Source: a virus
Taxonomy: Duplodnaviria > Heunggongvirae > Uroviricota > Caudoviricetes
IMG/VR virus record: IMGVR_UViG_2606217107_000014
Length of the DNA: 6,289 nucleotides
Reading direction: 5' to 3' (one strand)
Positions 1 through 5,639 of this stretch are shown one piece after another. Both the position numbers and the translations under genes were made by a program. The stretch's first letter is position 1; each line of letters begins with the position of its first letter. Below the pieces are notes generated by a model. The model worked only from the letters and a program-made list of their open reading frames with translations, ran no database searches and had not been told where the DNA came from.

Positions 1-2
1 AC

Positions 3-758
3 CATATTATCTGGGCGAAGCCGTCCGGACGCTGGAACGGATGCAACAAGGAAAGCCTGCGGGCGTATTTCCCCGCCACAGAGCGCATTCTGTTCGCGGA
101 ACATTATCAGGGGCCGTATCGTCCGAAAGATGCCGGGTATGAGGCGAAGGGCAGGGCACTGAAACAGCATGTGATGGCCCCGCTGATTGCTTACTTTCGT
201 GATGCGCGCGCTGCCCTGGGGATAACGGCAAAACAGATTGCAGATGCCACAGGAAAGAAAAACATGGTGCCGCACTGGTTCAGTGCCAGTCAGTGGCAGC
301 TACCGAACGAAAGCGATTATCTGAAATTACAGTCGCTGTTTGCCCGGGTGGCAGAAGAGAAACATCAGCGCGGGGAACTGGAAAAGCCACACCACCAGCT
401 GGTCAGCACATACAGTGAGCTGAACCGGCAGTATATGGAACTGCTGAGTGAATATAAAAATTTGCGGCGGTATTTCGGTGTGACGGTGCAGGTGCCGTAC
501 ACCGATGTGTGGACGTATAAACCGGTGCAGTACTATCCAGGGAAACATCCGTGCGAAAAACCGGCAGAAATGCTGCAGCAGATAATCAGCGCAAGTAGTC
601 GTCCTGGTGATCTGGTTGCGGATTTCTTCATGGGGTCGGGTTCGACAGTCAAAGCCGCGATGGCGCTGGGGCGTCGTGCTACAGGCGTTGAGCTGGAGAC
701 TGAACGTTTTGAGCAGACGGTCAGGGAAGTTCAGGATTTAGCCAGTCAGAACGGATGA
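3..758 (+). CDS. DNA methyltransferase (N6-adenine/N4-cytosine family), C-terminal part; 5' end lies outside the window
   Basis: Frame is open from position 3 to the TGA at 756-758 with no stop, so the gene starts upstream of the window (the ORF track's GTG at 171 is an internal codon). The translation contains ...KHPCEKPAEMLQQIISASSRPGDLVADFFMGSGST..., i.e. an HPxxKP element followed by an FxGxG AdoMet-binding motif, which I recall as typical of pfam01555-type amino-methyltransferases such as E. coli YhdJ. Catalytic DPPY-type motif would be upstream, not visible. Confidence 0.6.
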   Translation, partial: HIIWAKPSGRWNGCNKESLRAYFPATERILFAEHYQGPYRPKDAGYEAKGRALKQHVMAPLIAYFRDARAALGITAKQIADATGKKNMVPHWFSASQWQLPNESDYLKLQSLFARVAEEKHQRGELEKPHHQLVSTYSELNRQYMELLSEYKNLRRYFGVTVQVPYTDVWTYKPVQYYPGKHPCEKPAEMLQQIISASSRPGDLVADFFMGSGSTVKAAMALGRRATGVELETERFEQTVREVQDLASQNG

Positions 759-759
759 T

Positions 760-789
760 ATTGCAGGATTAGTTACGTACCGTTATTAT
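760..789 (+). promoter_or_regulatory. Candidate sigma70 promoter for the tRNA cluster
   Basis: TTGCAG (760-765), 18-nt spacer, TATTAT (784-789), then a GC-rich stretch (cctgcgccc) just before the first tRNA 5' end at 799. Matched by eye only; spacer is one nt long. Confidence 0.3.
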
Positions 790-798
790 CCTGCGCCC

Positions 799-874
799 GG
801 CCCTTTAGCTCAGTGGTGAGAGCGAGCGACTCATAATCGCCAGGTCGCTGGTTCAAATCCAGCAAGGGCCACCA
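799..874 (+). tRNA. ileZ: tRNA with CAT anticodon (Ile2/lysidine-type or Met); 76 nt with encoded CCA
   Basis: Hand-folded cloverleaf: acceptor 799-805 GGCCCTT pairs with 864-870 AAGGGCC; D-arm AGCTCAGTGGTGAGAGC; anticodon loop cgactCATaatcg; T-arm GGTTCAAATCC; discriminator A then CCA at 872-874. Symbol by analogy to the ileZ-argN-argO cluster of Stx phages (recalled); Ile vs Met cannot be decided from sequence alone. Confidence 0.85.
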
Positions 875-881
875 TCACATA

Positions 882-958
882 CCGCCATTAGCTCATCAGG
901 AAAGAGCGCCAGCCTTCGAAGCTGGTTGCGCGGGGTTCGAGTCCTCGATGGCGGTCCA
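882..958 (+). tRNA. argN: tRNA-Arg (anticodon TCG), 77 nt with encoded CCA
   Basis: Acceptor 882-888 CCGCCAT pairs with ATGGCGG; D stem GCTC/GAGC; anticodon stem CCAGC/GCTGG with loop cTTCGaa (anticodon TCG); T stem CGGGG/CCTCG (one G-U) with TTCGAGT loop; discriminator T then CCA at 956-958. Symbol assigned by order, recalled not verified. Confidence 0.85.
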
Positions 959-971
959 TTATCGGTATTCT

Positions 972-1048
972 GCGTTGTTAGCTCAGCCGGACAGAGCAAT
1001 TGCCTTCTAAGTAATCGGTCACTGGTTCGAATCCAGTACAACGCGCCA
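972..1048 (+). tRNA. argO: tRNA-Arg (anticodon TCT, reads rare AGA/AGG), 77 nt with encoded CCA
   Basis: Acceptor 972-978 GCGTTGT pairs with 1038-1044 ACAACGC; D stem GCTC/GAGC; anticodon stem ATTGC/GTAAT with loop cTTCTaa; T stem ACTGG/CCAGT with TTCGAAT loop; discriminator G then CCA 1046-1048. Symbol assigned by order. Confidence 0.85.
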
Positions 1049-1061
1049 CACTTATTTTCCT

Positions 1062-1083
1062 GGCTCGCTTCGGCGGGCCTTTT
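1062..1083 (+). terminator. Rho-independent terminator after the tRNA cluster
   Basis: GGCTCGC (1062-1068), TTCG tetraloop, GCGGGCC (1073-1079; 7 bp with one G-U), then TTTT (1080-1083). Confidence 0.5.
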
Positions 1084-1211
1084 AATTTGCTGAAAAAGAA
1101 AACATCAGATGGTTAGTCGGGTATCAGTTATCTGGTGAAATTTTTAAATACCTCACAATTCAGGAAGGTGATTATTGTTTTTCTGGTGGGGAATTTGTTA
1201 AAAATCACTCC

Positions 1212-1396
1212 GCATGATGAATCCCCCTAAGCGGTGGGGCGACTGGCAAGGCTCCATTACGATGGTCACAATCCGCAGATTTAGTTTGCCAGGCTGAATC
1301 TACCGGGAGGCACCCGGCATCATGCATAATGTGGAAAATTGGAAATGTATTCAGGCCTCTACGAATTTTAGTAGAGGCTTTTTTTTGAGTAAAAAA
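1212..1396 (+). ncRNA. Candidate structured small RNA, copy A (structured core ~1212-1325 plus its own terminator 1365-1396)
   Basis: Conserved 5' block (cATGaTGAATCCCCCT..GCGGTGGGgCGACTGG) and 3' block (CTGAAtCtaCCGGGAGGCACCCGGCAtCATG) shared with copy B. Closing helix 1212-1219 GCATGATG pairs with 1318-1325 CATCATGC. Internal hairpin CCAT-tacg-ATGG (1254-1265) with a UNCG-type loop. Terminator GCCTCTAC / GTAGAGGC with 8-nt loop followed by T8 (1389-1396). No ORF or convincing promoter. Confidence 0.4.
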
Positions 1397-1400
1397 AGCC

Positions 1401-1427
1401 CGTCTATGGCAGCGGGCAAGTATGCAT
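1401..1427 (-). terminator. Minus-strand rho-independent terminator, back-to-back with the copy-A terminator
   Basis: On the + strand A7 (1401-1407) precedes GCCCG (1408-1412) ... CGGGC (1423-1427); on the minus strand this reads as a hairpin followed by T7. Stem is short (5-6 bp) with a 10-nt loop. Confidence 0.35.
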
Positions 1428-1615
1428 GAGAATACATTTTTTATTATTTGCCTGAAAATAGTACCCTGAGGTTATTGTTGTTTTCAACAGGCTGATTTGT
1501 GTTCTGATCGGGGATGTGACAAGGAACATACGTTCTTATGTGAAAATGTTAAATTCTTCACATTTCAGTGAGTTGAGTGTTGATTTCGTTTTATCTTTTT
1601 TGTTAAAAAAGTATT

Positions 1616-1795
1616 GCATGGTGAATCCCCCTGTGCGGTGGGACGACTGGTGACAACAATTCATCATCCGTGATGACCCAGAAGAGATCGCGGGTTCAGT
1701 GGCACCGGGCTGAACTCACCGGGAGGCACCCGGCACCATGTTCATGGTGATACAGAAATGCGGCTTCAGCCCCTCTCCGGAGGGGCTTTCTTATG
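1616..1795 (+). ncRNA. Candidate structured small RNA, copy B (diverged paralogue of copy A; core ~1616-1741 plus terminator-like hairpin 1768-1794)
   Basis: Same conserved 5' and 3' blocks as copy A. Closing helix 1616-1623 GCATGGTG pairs with 1734-1741 CACCATGT; the A-T pair of copy A is a G-C pair here (compensatory change). Internal hairpin TCATCA-tccg-TGATGA (1651-1666, UNCG loop). Helix GTTCAG (1694-1699) / CTGAAC (1710-1715) matches copy A's GATTTAG/CTGAATC with a U-G to C-G change. 3' hairpin AGCCCCTC-tccg-GAGGGGCT followed by TTCTTAT. Confidence 0.4.
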
Positions 1796-1798
1796 GAC

Positions 1799-1826
1799 AA
1801 AAAAGCCCGCGCTGGGAGACGCGGGC
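1799..1826 (-). terminator. Minus-strand rho-independent terminator, back-to-back with the copy-B hairpin
   Basis: + strand: A6 (1799-1804), GCCCGCG (1805-1811), 8-nt loop, CGCGGGC (1820-1826). On the minus strand this is a 7-bp GC stem followed by a T6 tract. Confidence 0.5.
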
Positions 1827-2019
1827 GGCAAGGAATAAACAATAAAACGTGAAGTAATATTTCAGCTGGCGAATAATACCCCATAGTAATCACTCTGCGC
1901 AACTGCGCGGCCTTTTTCGTATTGCGGGCTGTAGTCTCCCTTCTGCCATTGTCCTGTAACTTCCGGACTTCAGCTCGCTCCTTATCTGACTCACAACATT
2001 ATCCCGACCGGGAGGATTC

Positions 2020-3999
2020 ATGACATTTAAACACTACGATGTGGTCAGGGCGGCGTCGCCGTCAGACCTTGCGGAGCGACTGACACAAAAACTGAAGGAG
2101 GGGTGGCAGCCATTTGGCAGCCCTGTCGCCATCACGCCTTATACCCTGATGCAGGCCATTGCGGCGGAAGGTGATGTCACCACACCTGTGGTGGTGAAGC
2201 CGTCGGATGGAGAAGGCACAGTTATCAGCACCACCAGCGAACCGGAGTATTACTTTGTTGTTGTTCTGGCGGGGCAGTCAAACTCAATGTCTTTTGGGGA
2301 AGGGCTGCCGCTGCCGGAGACATATGACCGTCCGGACCCGCGTATTAAACAGCTGGCGCGTCGCAGTACGGTGACGCCGGGTGGTGCCGCCTGTAAATAT
2401 AACGACATCATTCCGGCAGACCACTGTCTGCATGATGTGCAGGATATGAGTAACCTGAATCATCCTCATGCAGACCTGAGTAAGGGACAGTACGGTTGTG
2501 TGGGGCATGCTCTGCATGTTGCCAAAAAGCTGCTGCCGTTTATGCCTGCGAATGCGGGTATCCTTCTTGTTCCATGTGGCCGTGGCGATTCGGGATTTAC
2601 TGCGGGGGCCGAGGGGGCGTTTAACGAAGCGTCGGGAGCGACCGCAGGCTCGTCCCTGTGGGGGGCGGATAAACCGCTGTATCATGACCTGGTCAGCAGA
2701 ACCCGTGCGGCCCTGAAGAAAAATCCGAAGAACGTGCTGTTATCAGTGATCTGGATGCAGGGAGAAAAAGATGTCAGTTCGGGGAGACATGCAGAACACA
2801 ATGCGCTTTTCCTTGCCATGGTAAATCAGTTCCGTACGGAACTGGCAGATGTGGCAGAGCAGTGTACTGGCGGGACAACGGCCAGCGTCCCGTGGATTTG
2901 CGGTGATACCACGTACTACTGGAAGGAAAGGTATGCAGCGCCGTATGAGGCGGTTTACGGTGGGTATAAAGGCAAAGCTGCGCAGAATATTCACTTTGTG
3001 CCGTTGATGACGGATGAGCATGGTGTGAATGTGCCGACAAACGAGCCGTCAGAAGATCCGGACATTATCCCGGCGGGATACTATGGCGCTGCGTCACGCA
3101 CTGCCAGTAACTGGACGTCAGCCAATCGTAAAACGCACTTCAGTTCATGGGCGCGAAGAGGCCTTGTTTCAGACCGTCTGGCAGGTGCCATTTTGCAGTA
3201 CGCCGGGCGGACATTATCGTTCCTTACCGGGCAGAGCGCACCGCTGTCGGGTGGTACAACTCCTGTCAGTCCGGGGACACCGGATGTTGAGAAACCGCAG
3301 GATGGCGGTGTTGCTGGTACTGGTCATGATGAGGCCGTGAGCAGTACCAGGACGGTGGCTGAATATGATGCGAACAGTGGAAATGGTGTATGGACAGAGC
3401 AGCAGTGGGGGGCTGCCGGTGGCAAAGGCACTGTGACTGATGACGGTGGACGGAAAGCGCTGCGACTGGAAAAACAGCCCGGTAAACTGACGTCCTGGAA
3501 AATGTTCCGTACTGTTGCAGTGGAGGAGGCAAAAAATCTTCTCAGCAAGGGGGGTGAAATTGCCGTACGGTTCAAAATTCCGGATGGAAGCGAACTGGTG
3601 AACGGACAGTTTGTCTTTGGTCTCTACTGGCCGGTGTCGCAGTGGGCGTCAGGCGCGGCAGCAAACAGTATGCTGGCATCATTCTTCCTTCAGACGGATG
3701 CATCAAATCTGAATCTTATGCACCACAAGGGCACGTCGAATGCACAACTGGGCACATTTGGTGCGTTTGACCATAACTGGCATACGGTTGTTTTCCGCTT
3801 TGCGGGAAATAACAGCGAAAGAGTCGTTCCGGTGATTGATGGTGCAGAGCAGACGGCGTTTGACCTTGTGATGTGGACAAATGATGGCTTTACAGCAGAT
3901 ACGCTGACGCTGACAGATATCACGGGGGCAAAAGCGACGTATCCTGTACTGCTTGATACGGTCACTGTCAAAGTGAAAGAAAGCGAAGCAGCGGCATAA
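2020..3999 (+). CDS. nanS-p: Prophage sialate O-acetylesterase (NanS-p-like; N-terminal DUF1737-like region, SASA/SGNH esterase domain, long C-terminal domain of unknown function)
   Basis: 659-aa ORF with GGAGG (2011-2015) 4 nt before the ATG. Contains GQSN (in VLAGQSNSMSFGEG), WMQGEKD and THF motifs that I associate with the SASA family. Position and N-terminus (MTFKHYDVV...) match my recollection of the esterase just downstream of stx in Stx phages (933W L0105). Recalled, not searched. Confidence 0.75.
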   Translation: MTFKHYDVVRAASPSDLAERLTQKLKEGWQPFGSPVAITPYTLMQAIAAEGDVTTPVVVKPSDGEGTVISTTSEPEYYFVVVLAGQSNSMSFGEGLPLPETYDRPDPRIKQLARRSTVTPGGAACKYNDIIPADHCLHDVQDMSNLNHPHADLSKGQYGCVGHALHVAKKLLPFMPANAGILLVPCGRGDSGFTAGAEGAFNEASGATAGSSLWGADKPLYHDLVSRTRAALKKNPKNVLLSVIWMQGEKDVSSGRHAEHNALFLAMVNQFRTELADVAEQCTGGTTASVPWICGDTTYYWKERYAAPYEAVYGGYKGKAAQNIHFVPLMTDEHGVNVPTNEPSEDPDIIPAGYYGAASRTASNWTSANRKTHFSSWARRGLVSDRLAGAILQYAGRTLSFLTGQSAPLSGGTTPVSPGTPDVEKPQDGGVAGTGHDEAVSSTRTVAEYDANSGNGVWTEQQWGAAGGKGTVTDDGGRKALRLEKQPGKLTSWKMFRTVAVEEAKNLLSKGGEIAVRFKIPDGSELVNGQFVFGLYWPVSQWASGAAANSMLASFFLQTDASNLNLMHHKGTSNAQLGTFGAFDHNWHTVVFRFAGNNSERVVPVIDGAEQTAFDLVMWTNDGFTADTLTLTDITGAKATYPVLLDTVTVKVKESEAAA

Positions 4000-4012
4000 C
4001 AGGCGAAAAAAG

Positions 4013-4055
4013 AGCCAGCGCCGGAGGGAAAACATATAAAGGAGCCGGGCGCTGG
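4013..4055. repeat. Long inverted repeat / stem-loop just after the nanS-p stop
   Basis: GCCAGCGCCGG (4013-4023) and CCGGGCGCTGGC (4044-4055) form a ~11-bp GC-rich stem around a ~20-nt loop. No T-tract follows on the + strand; on the minus strand it is followed by TCTTTTTT (complement of A6 at 4006-4011), so it could terminate minus-strand transcription. Confidence 0.4.
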
Positions 4056-4146
4056 CCAAACAAGGCAGCAAATATTGCTTAACTCTTATGTCCGTAGTTT
4101 TGTACCTTTTTTTACTGGATGTTTCAAATAATAACGGTAAGAAATT

Positions 4147-4341
4147 ATGACGTTAGTTCATCAGTTCATGCTGTACTTCTGTACGGCGGTATGCGTGCTG
4201 TATCTTCTTTCGGGTGGGTACAGGGCAGTGCGCGATTTCTGGCGCAGGCAGATTGATAAAAGGGCCGCAGAGAAAATCAGCGCCAGTCAGTCAGCCGGAG
4301 CAAAAACAGAAGCCCCACTCATTCCGGAACAACCTTCTTAA
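4147..4341 (+). CDS. Small membrane protein (64 aa) of the lysis-proximal region, function unknown
   Basis: ORF with one clear hydrophobic segment (FMLYFCTAVCVLYLL) followed by a basic stretch (RAVRDFWRRQIDKR). Weak SD. Position is typical for small late-region proteins in lambdoid prophages. Confidence 0.45.
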   Translation: MTLVHQFMLYFCTAVCVLYLLSGGYRAVRDFWRRQIDKRAAEKISASQSAGAKTEAPLIPEQPS

Positions 4342-4366
4342 TAACCCCTTTCAACGAGAAAATCCT

Positions 4367-4657
4367 ATGTCAGAAATAAAATCGCTGGTCACTGCTGAGG
4401 CAGTGAAGGAAGTCCTGCGCTCTGAAGAAGTCCGGAGCGCACTGAAACAGCAACTTCGGCAGAACCTTGAGGCGCGTCTTGATGCAGAAGTGGATGCCAT
4501 TCTGGATGAATTGCTTGGTGCACAGCCGGAACCATCCCCGGAACTGCTTCCGGAACCACAGGCGGAAGATGTCACCACGGAAAATGGTGATATTCAGCCG
4601 GAGCCACCGGTGACGGATATGACAGACACACAACCCGAACCGGGCACAATGCTGTAA
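4367..4657 (+). CDS. Acidic hypothetical protein (96 aa) with Pro/Glu-rich C-terminal tail
   Basis: I place the start at ATG 4367 (MSEIKSLV...) rather than the ORF-track start at 4214, because 4214-4341 overlaps the upstream ORF in another frame and that extension is low-complexity. The C-terminus carries repeated PEP motifs (PEPS, PEPQ, PEPP, PEPG). Confidence 0.5.
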   Translation: MSEIKSLVTAEAVKEVLRSEEVRSALKQQLRQNLEARLDAEVDAILDELLGAQPEPSPELLPEPQAEDVTTENGDIQPEPPVTDMTDTQPEPGTML

Positions 4658-4668
4658 CGGCGGGGCAG

Positions 4669-4704
4669 GGCCATCAGTAAAGAGCTGGTGGCCCTTTTGT
4701 TGTT
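4669..4704 (+). terminator. Strong rho-independent terminator upstream of the holin gene
   Basis: GGGCCATCAG (4669-4678), 7-nt loop, CTGGTGGCCC (4686-4695; 10 bp with one G-U), then TTTTGTTGTTGT. Confidence 0.6.
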
Positions 4705-4732
4705 GTGAGCTTCCGAGTACGGGAGACGGGGT

Positions 4733-4948
4733 ATGTACCAGATGGAAAAAATCACAACAGGTGTGTCATACACCACGTCAGCGGTGGGAACGGGCTACTG
4801 GTTCCTGCAGTTGCTGGACAGGGTTTCCCCGTCTCAGTGGGCGGCAATAGGCGTGCTGGGGAGTCTGTTGTTTGGGCTGCTGACATATCTGACTAACCTG
4901 TATTTCAAAATCAGAGAGGACCGTCGTAAGGCGGCGCGGGGAGAGTAA
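4733..4948 (+). CDS. S: Class II holin (pinholin, phage-21 S-type) with dual-start motif
   Basis: 71 aa; Met1 and Met4 (MYQMEK...) give the antiholin/holin dual start; a weakly hydrophobic Gly/Ala/Ser-rich first segment ([18 protein letters not shown]) and a second hydrophobic segment ([18 protein letters not shown]); charged C-terminal tail [17 protein letters not shown] lies 8 nt upstream. Matches my recollection of S21. Confidence 0.85.
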   Translation: MYQMEKITTGVSYTTSAVGTGYWFLQLLDRVSPSQWAAIGVLGSLLFGLLTYLTNLYFKIREDRRKAARGE

Positions 4949-4952
4949 AGCG

Positions 4953-5483
4953 ATGAAGAAAAAATACGAACTGGTTGTTAAAGGGATAAATAATTACCCG
5001 AATAAGATTACTGTTACTGTGGCACTGGAAATTGGTGGGTATCCGTCACTGTTGTTGCCAGATGTGGCGATTAGTCTTGACCGTACTGAAGATGCCACGC
5101 TGGAGTTTTACGAAGCTGAGGCGAAAAAGCAGGCGAAGCAGTTTTTCATGGATGTTGCTGCCGGGTTATGTGAAGGGAACGAACCGTTGCCGGAAAAGCG
5201 CCCCGTAATTTTAGAGGCGCAGGATGTGTTGATAACCTACAGAGGAAAACTACCGGGAATAATTACTGGTTCTCTGAAGACGCCACCGACGGCATTGCGG
5301 TCAGAAAACGATGATATTGAATCACGCATTGAAAAACTGGAGTGCTATATCGCTGAATTGAAAAAAAGCACCCCAACAAAAAATGAGGTGCTTGCAGCAG
5401 ATGAAATGAAAGAAACTATTCTTGATCGCGCGGCGCATCTAAGCTGCGCTTCACTGTTGAAAGAGCATCTTCAGCAGCCTTGA
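4953..5483 (+). CDS. Hypothetical protein (176 aa) inserted between holin and endolysin; function unknown
   Basis: ATG 4 nt after the S stop codon, with a GGGGAGAG SD lying inside the S 3' end. No transmembrane segment; C-terminal third is charged and likely helical. Sampled 60-nt stretches are visibly more AT-rich than nanS-p or R. Confidence 0.55.
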   Translation: MKKKYELVVKGINNYPNKITVTVALEIGGYPSLLLPDVAISLDRTEDATLEFYEAEAKKQAKQFFMDVAAGLCEGNEPLPEKRPVILEAQDVLITYRGKLPGIITGSLKTPPTALRSENDDIESRIEKLECYIAELKKSTPTKNEVLAADEMKETILDRAAHLSCASLLKEHLQQP

Positions 5484-5628
5484 GGAATCTTTTATCATCA
5501 CGAGCAACTGTCTTTGGTATTTCTTTAATTAGATGTTCCATTTCGGCGATCAGGTAATCTGACACAGCGTTATTTTTACTTAGTGCATCCATTGCTTTGA
5601 TTATCTTTGCGAGGCAGCCATCTCGCAT
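5416..5628 (-). CDS. Possible small helical protein (70 aa from ATG at 5628; ORF track extends to a GTG at 5655)
   Basis: Convergent to the 176-aa ORF and overlapping its last 68 nt. Amino-acid composition looks protein-like (K/E/A/L/D-rich). No clear SD. A perfect palindrome sits immediately upstream of the ATG on the minus strand. Confidence 0.3.
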   Translation of the reverse strand: MRDGCLAKIIKAMDALSKNNAVSDYLIAEMEHLIKEIPKTVARDDKRFLKAAEDALSTVKRSLDAPRDQE

Positions 5629-5639
5629 TGTTGAGTTTA

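Noticed and set aside
7-231. 74-aa minus-strand ORF at the 5' end
   Set aside because: Lies entirely antisense within the methyltransferase coding frame; Pro/Ser/Arg/Cys-rich composition typical of a spurious antisense ORF.
853-1041. 62-aa minus-strand ORF
   Set aside because: Overlaps all three tRNA genes on the opposite strand; Arg/Pro/Cys-rich; no RBS.
1560-1600. Imperfect inverted repeat around TGAAAATGT / ACATTTCA upstream of RNA copy B as an operator
   Set aside because: Imperfect, AT-rich, and expected by chance in AT-rich spacer; not conserved upstream of copy A.
1195-1830. CRISPR array or insertion-sequence ends as an explanation for the repeated blocks
   Set aside because: Only two copies, unit length ~180 nt with internal secondary structure and own terminators; no short direct repeat/spacer periodicity and no transposase or cas gene in the window.
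1696-1902. 68-aa minus-strand ORF in the non-coding gap
   Set aside because: Spans the conserved 3' block and both terminator hairpins of RNA copy B; composition (R/P/H/C-rich) is not protein-like. Explained by the GC-rich structured RNA.
1100-2019. Shiga toxin genes (stxA/stxB) expected downstream of the ileZ-argN-argO-type cluster
   Set aside because: No + strand ORF of appropriate size (~320 aa and ~90 aa with signal peptides) exists here; the region is occupied by the RNA modules and terminators.
2284-4071. Multiple 70-135 aa ORFs on both strands (e.g. 2284-2685 minus, 2498-2716 plus, 2743-3021 minus, 3029-3340 plus, 3266-3575 minus, 3690-4071 minus)
   Set aside because: All are nested inside the 659-aa esterase gene in alternative frames, with Arg/Cys/His/Pro-rich translations; by-products of a GC-rich coding region.
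4214-4366. Upstream extension of the acidic protein ORF (start at 4214)
   Set aside because: Would overlap the 64-aa membrane-protein ORF by ~130 nt in another frame and adds a low-complexity N-terminus; ATG 4367 is preferred.
4351-4776. Minus-strand ORFs 4351-4578, 4370-4633, 4594-4776 and the + strand ORF 4705-4896
   Set aside because: Antisense or out-of-frame overlaps of the acidic protein and holin genes; Ser/Arg/Cys-rich or otherwise non-protein-like translations.
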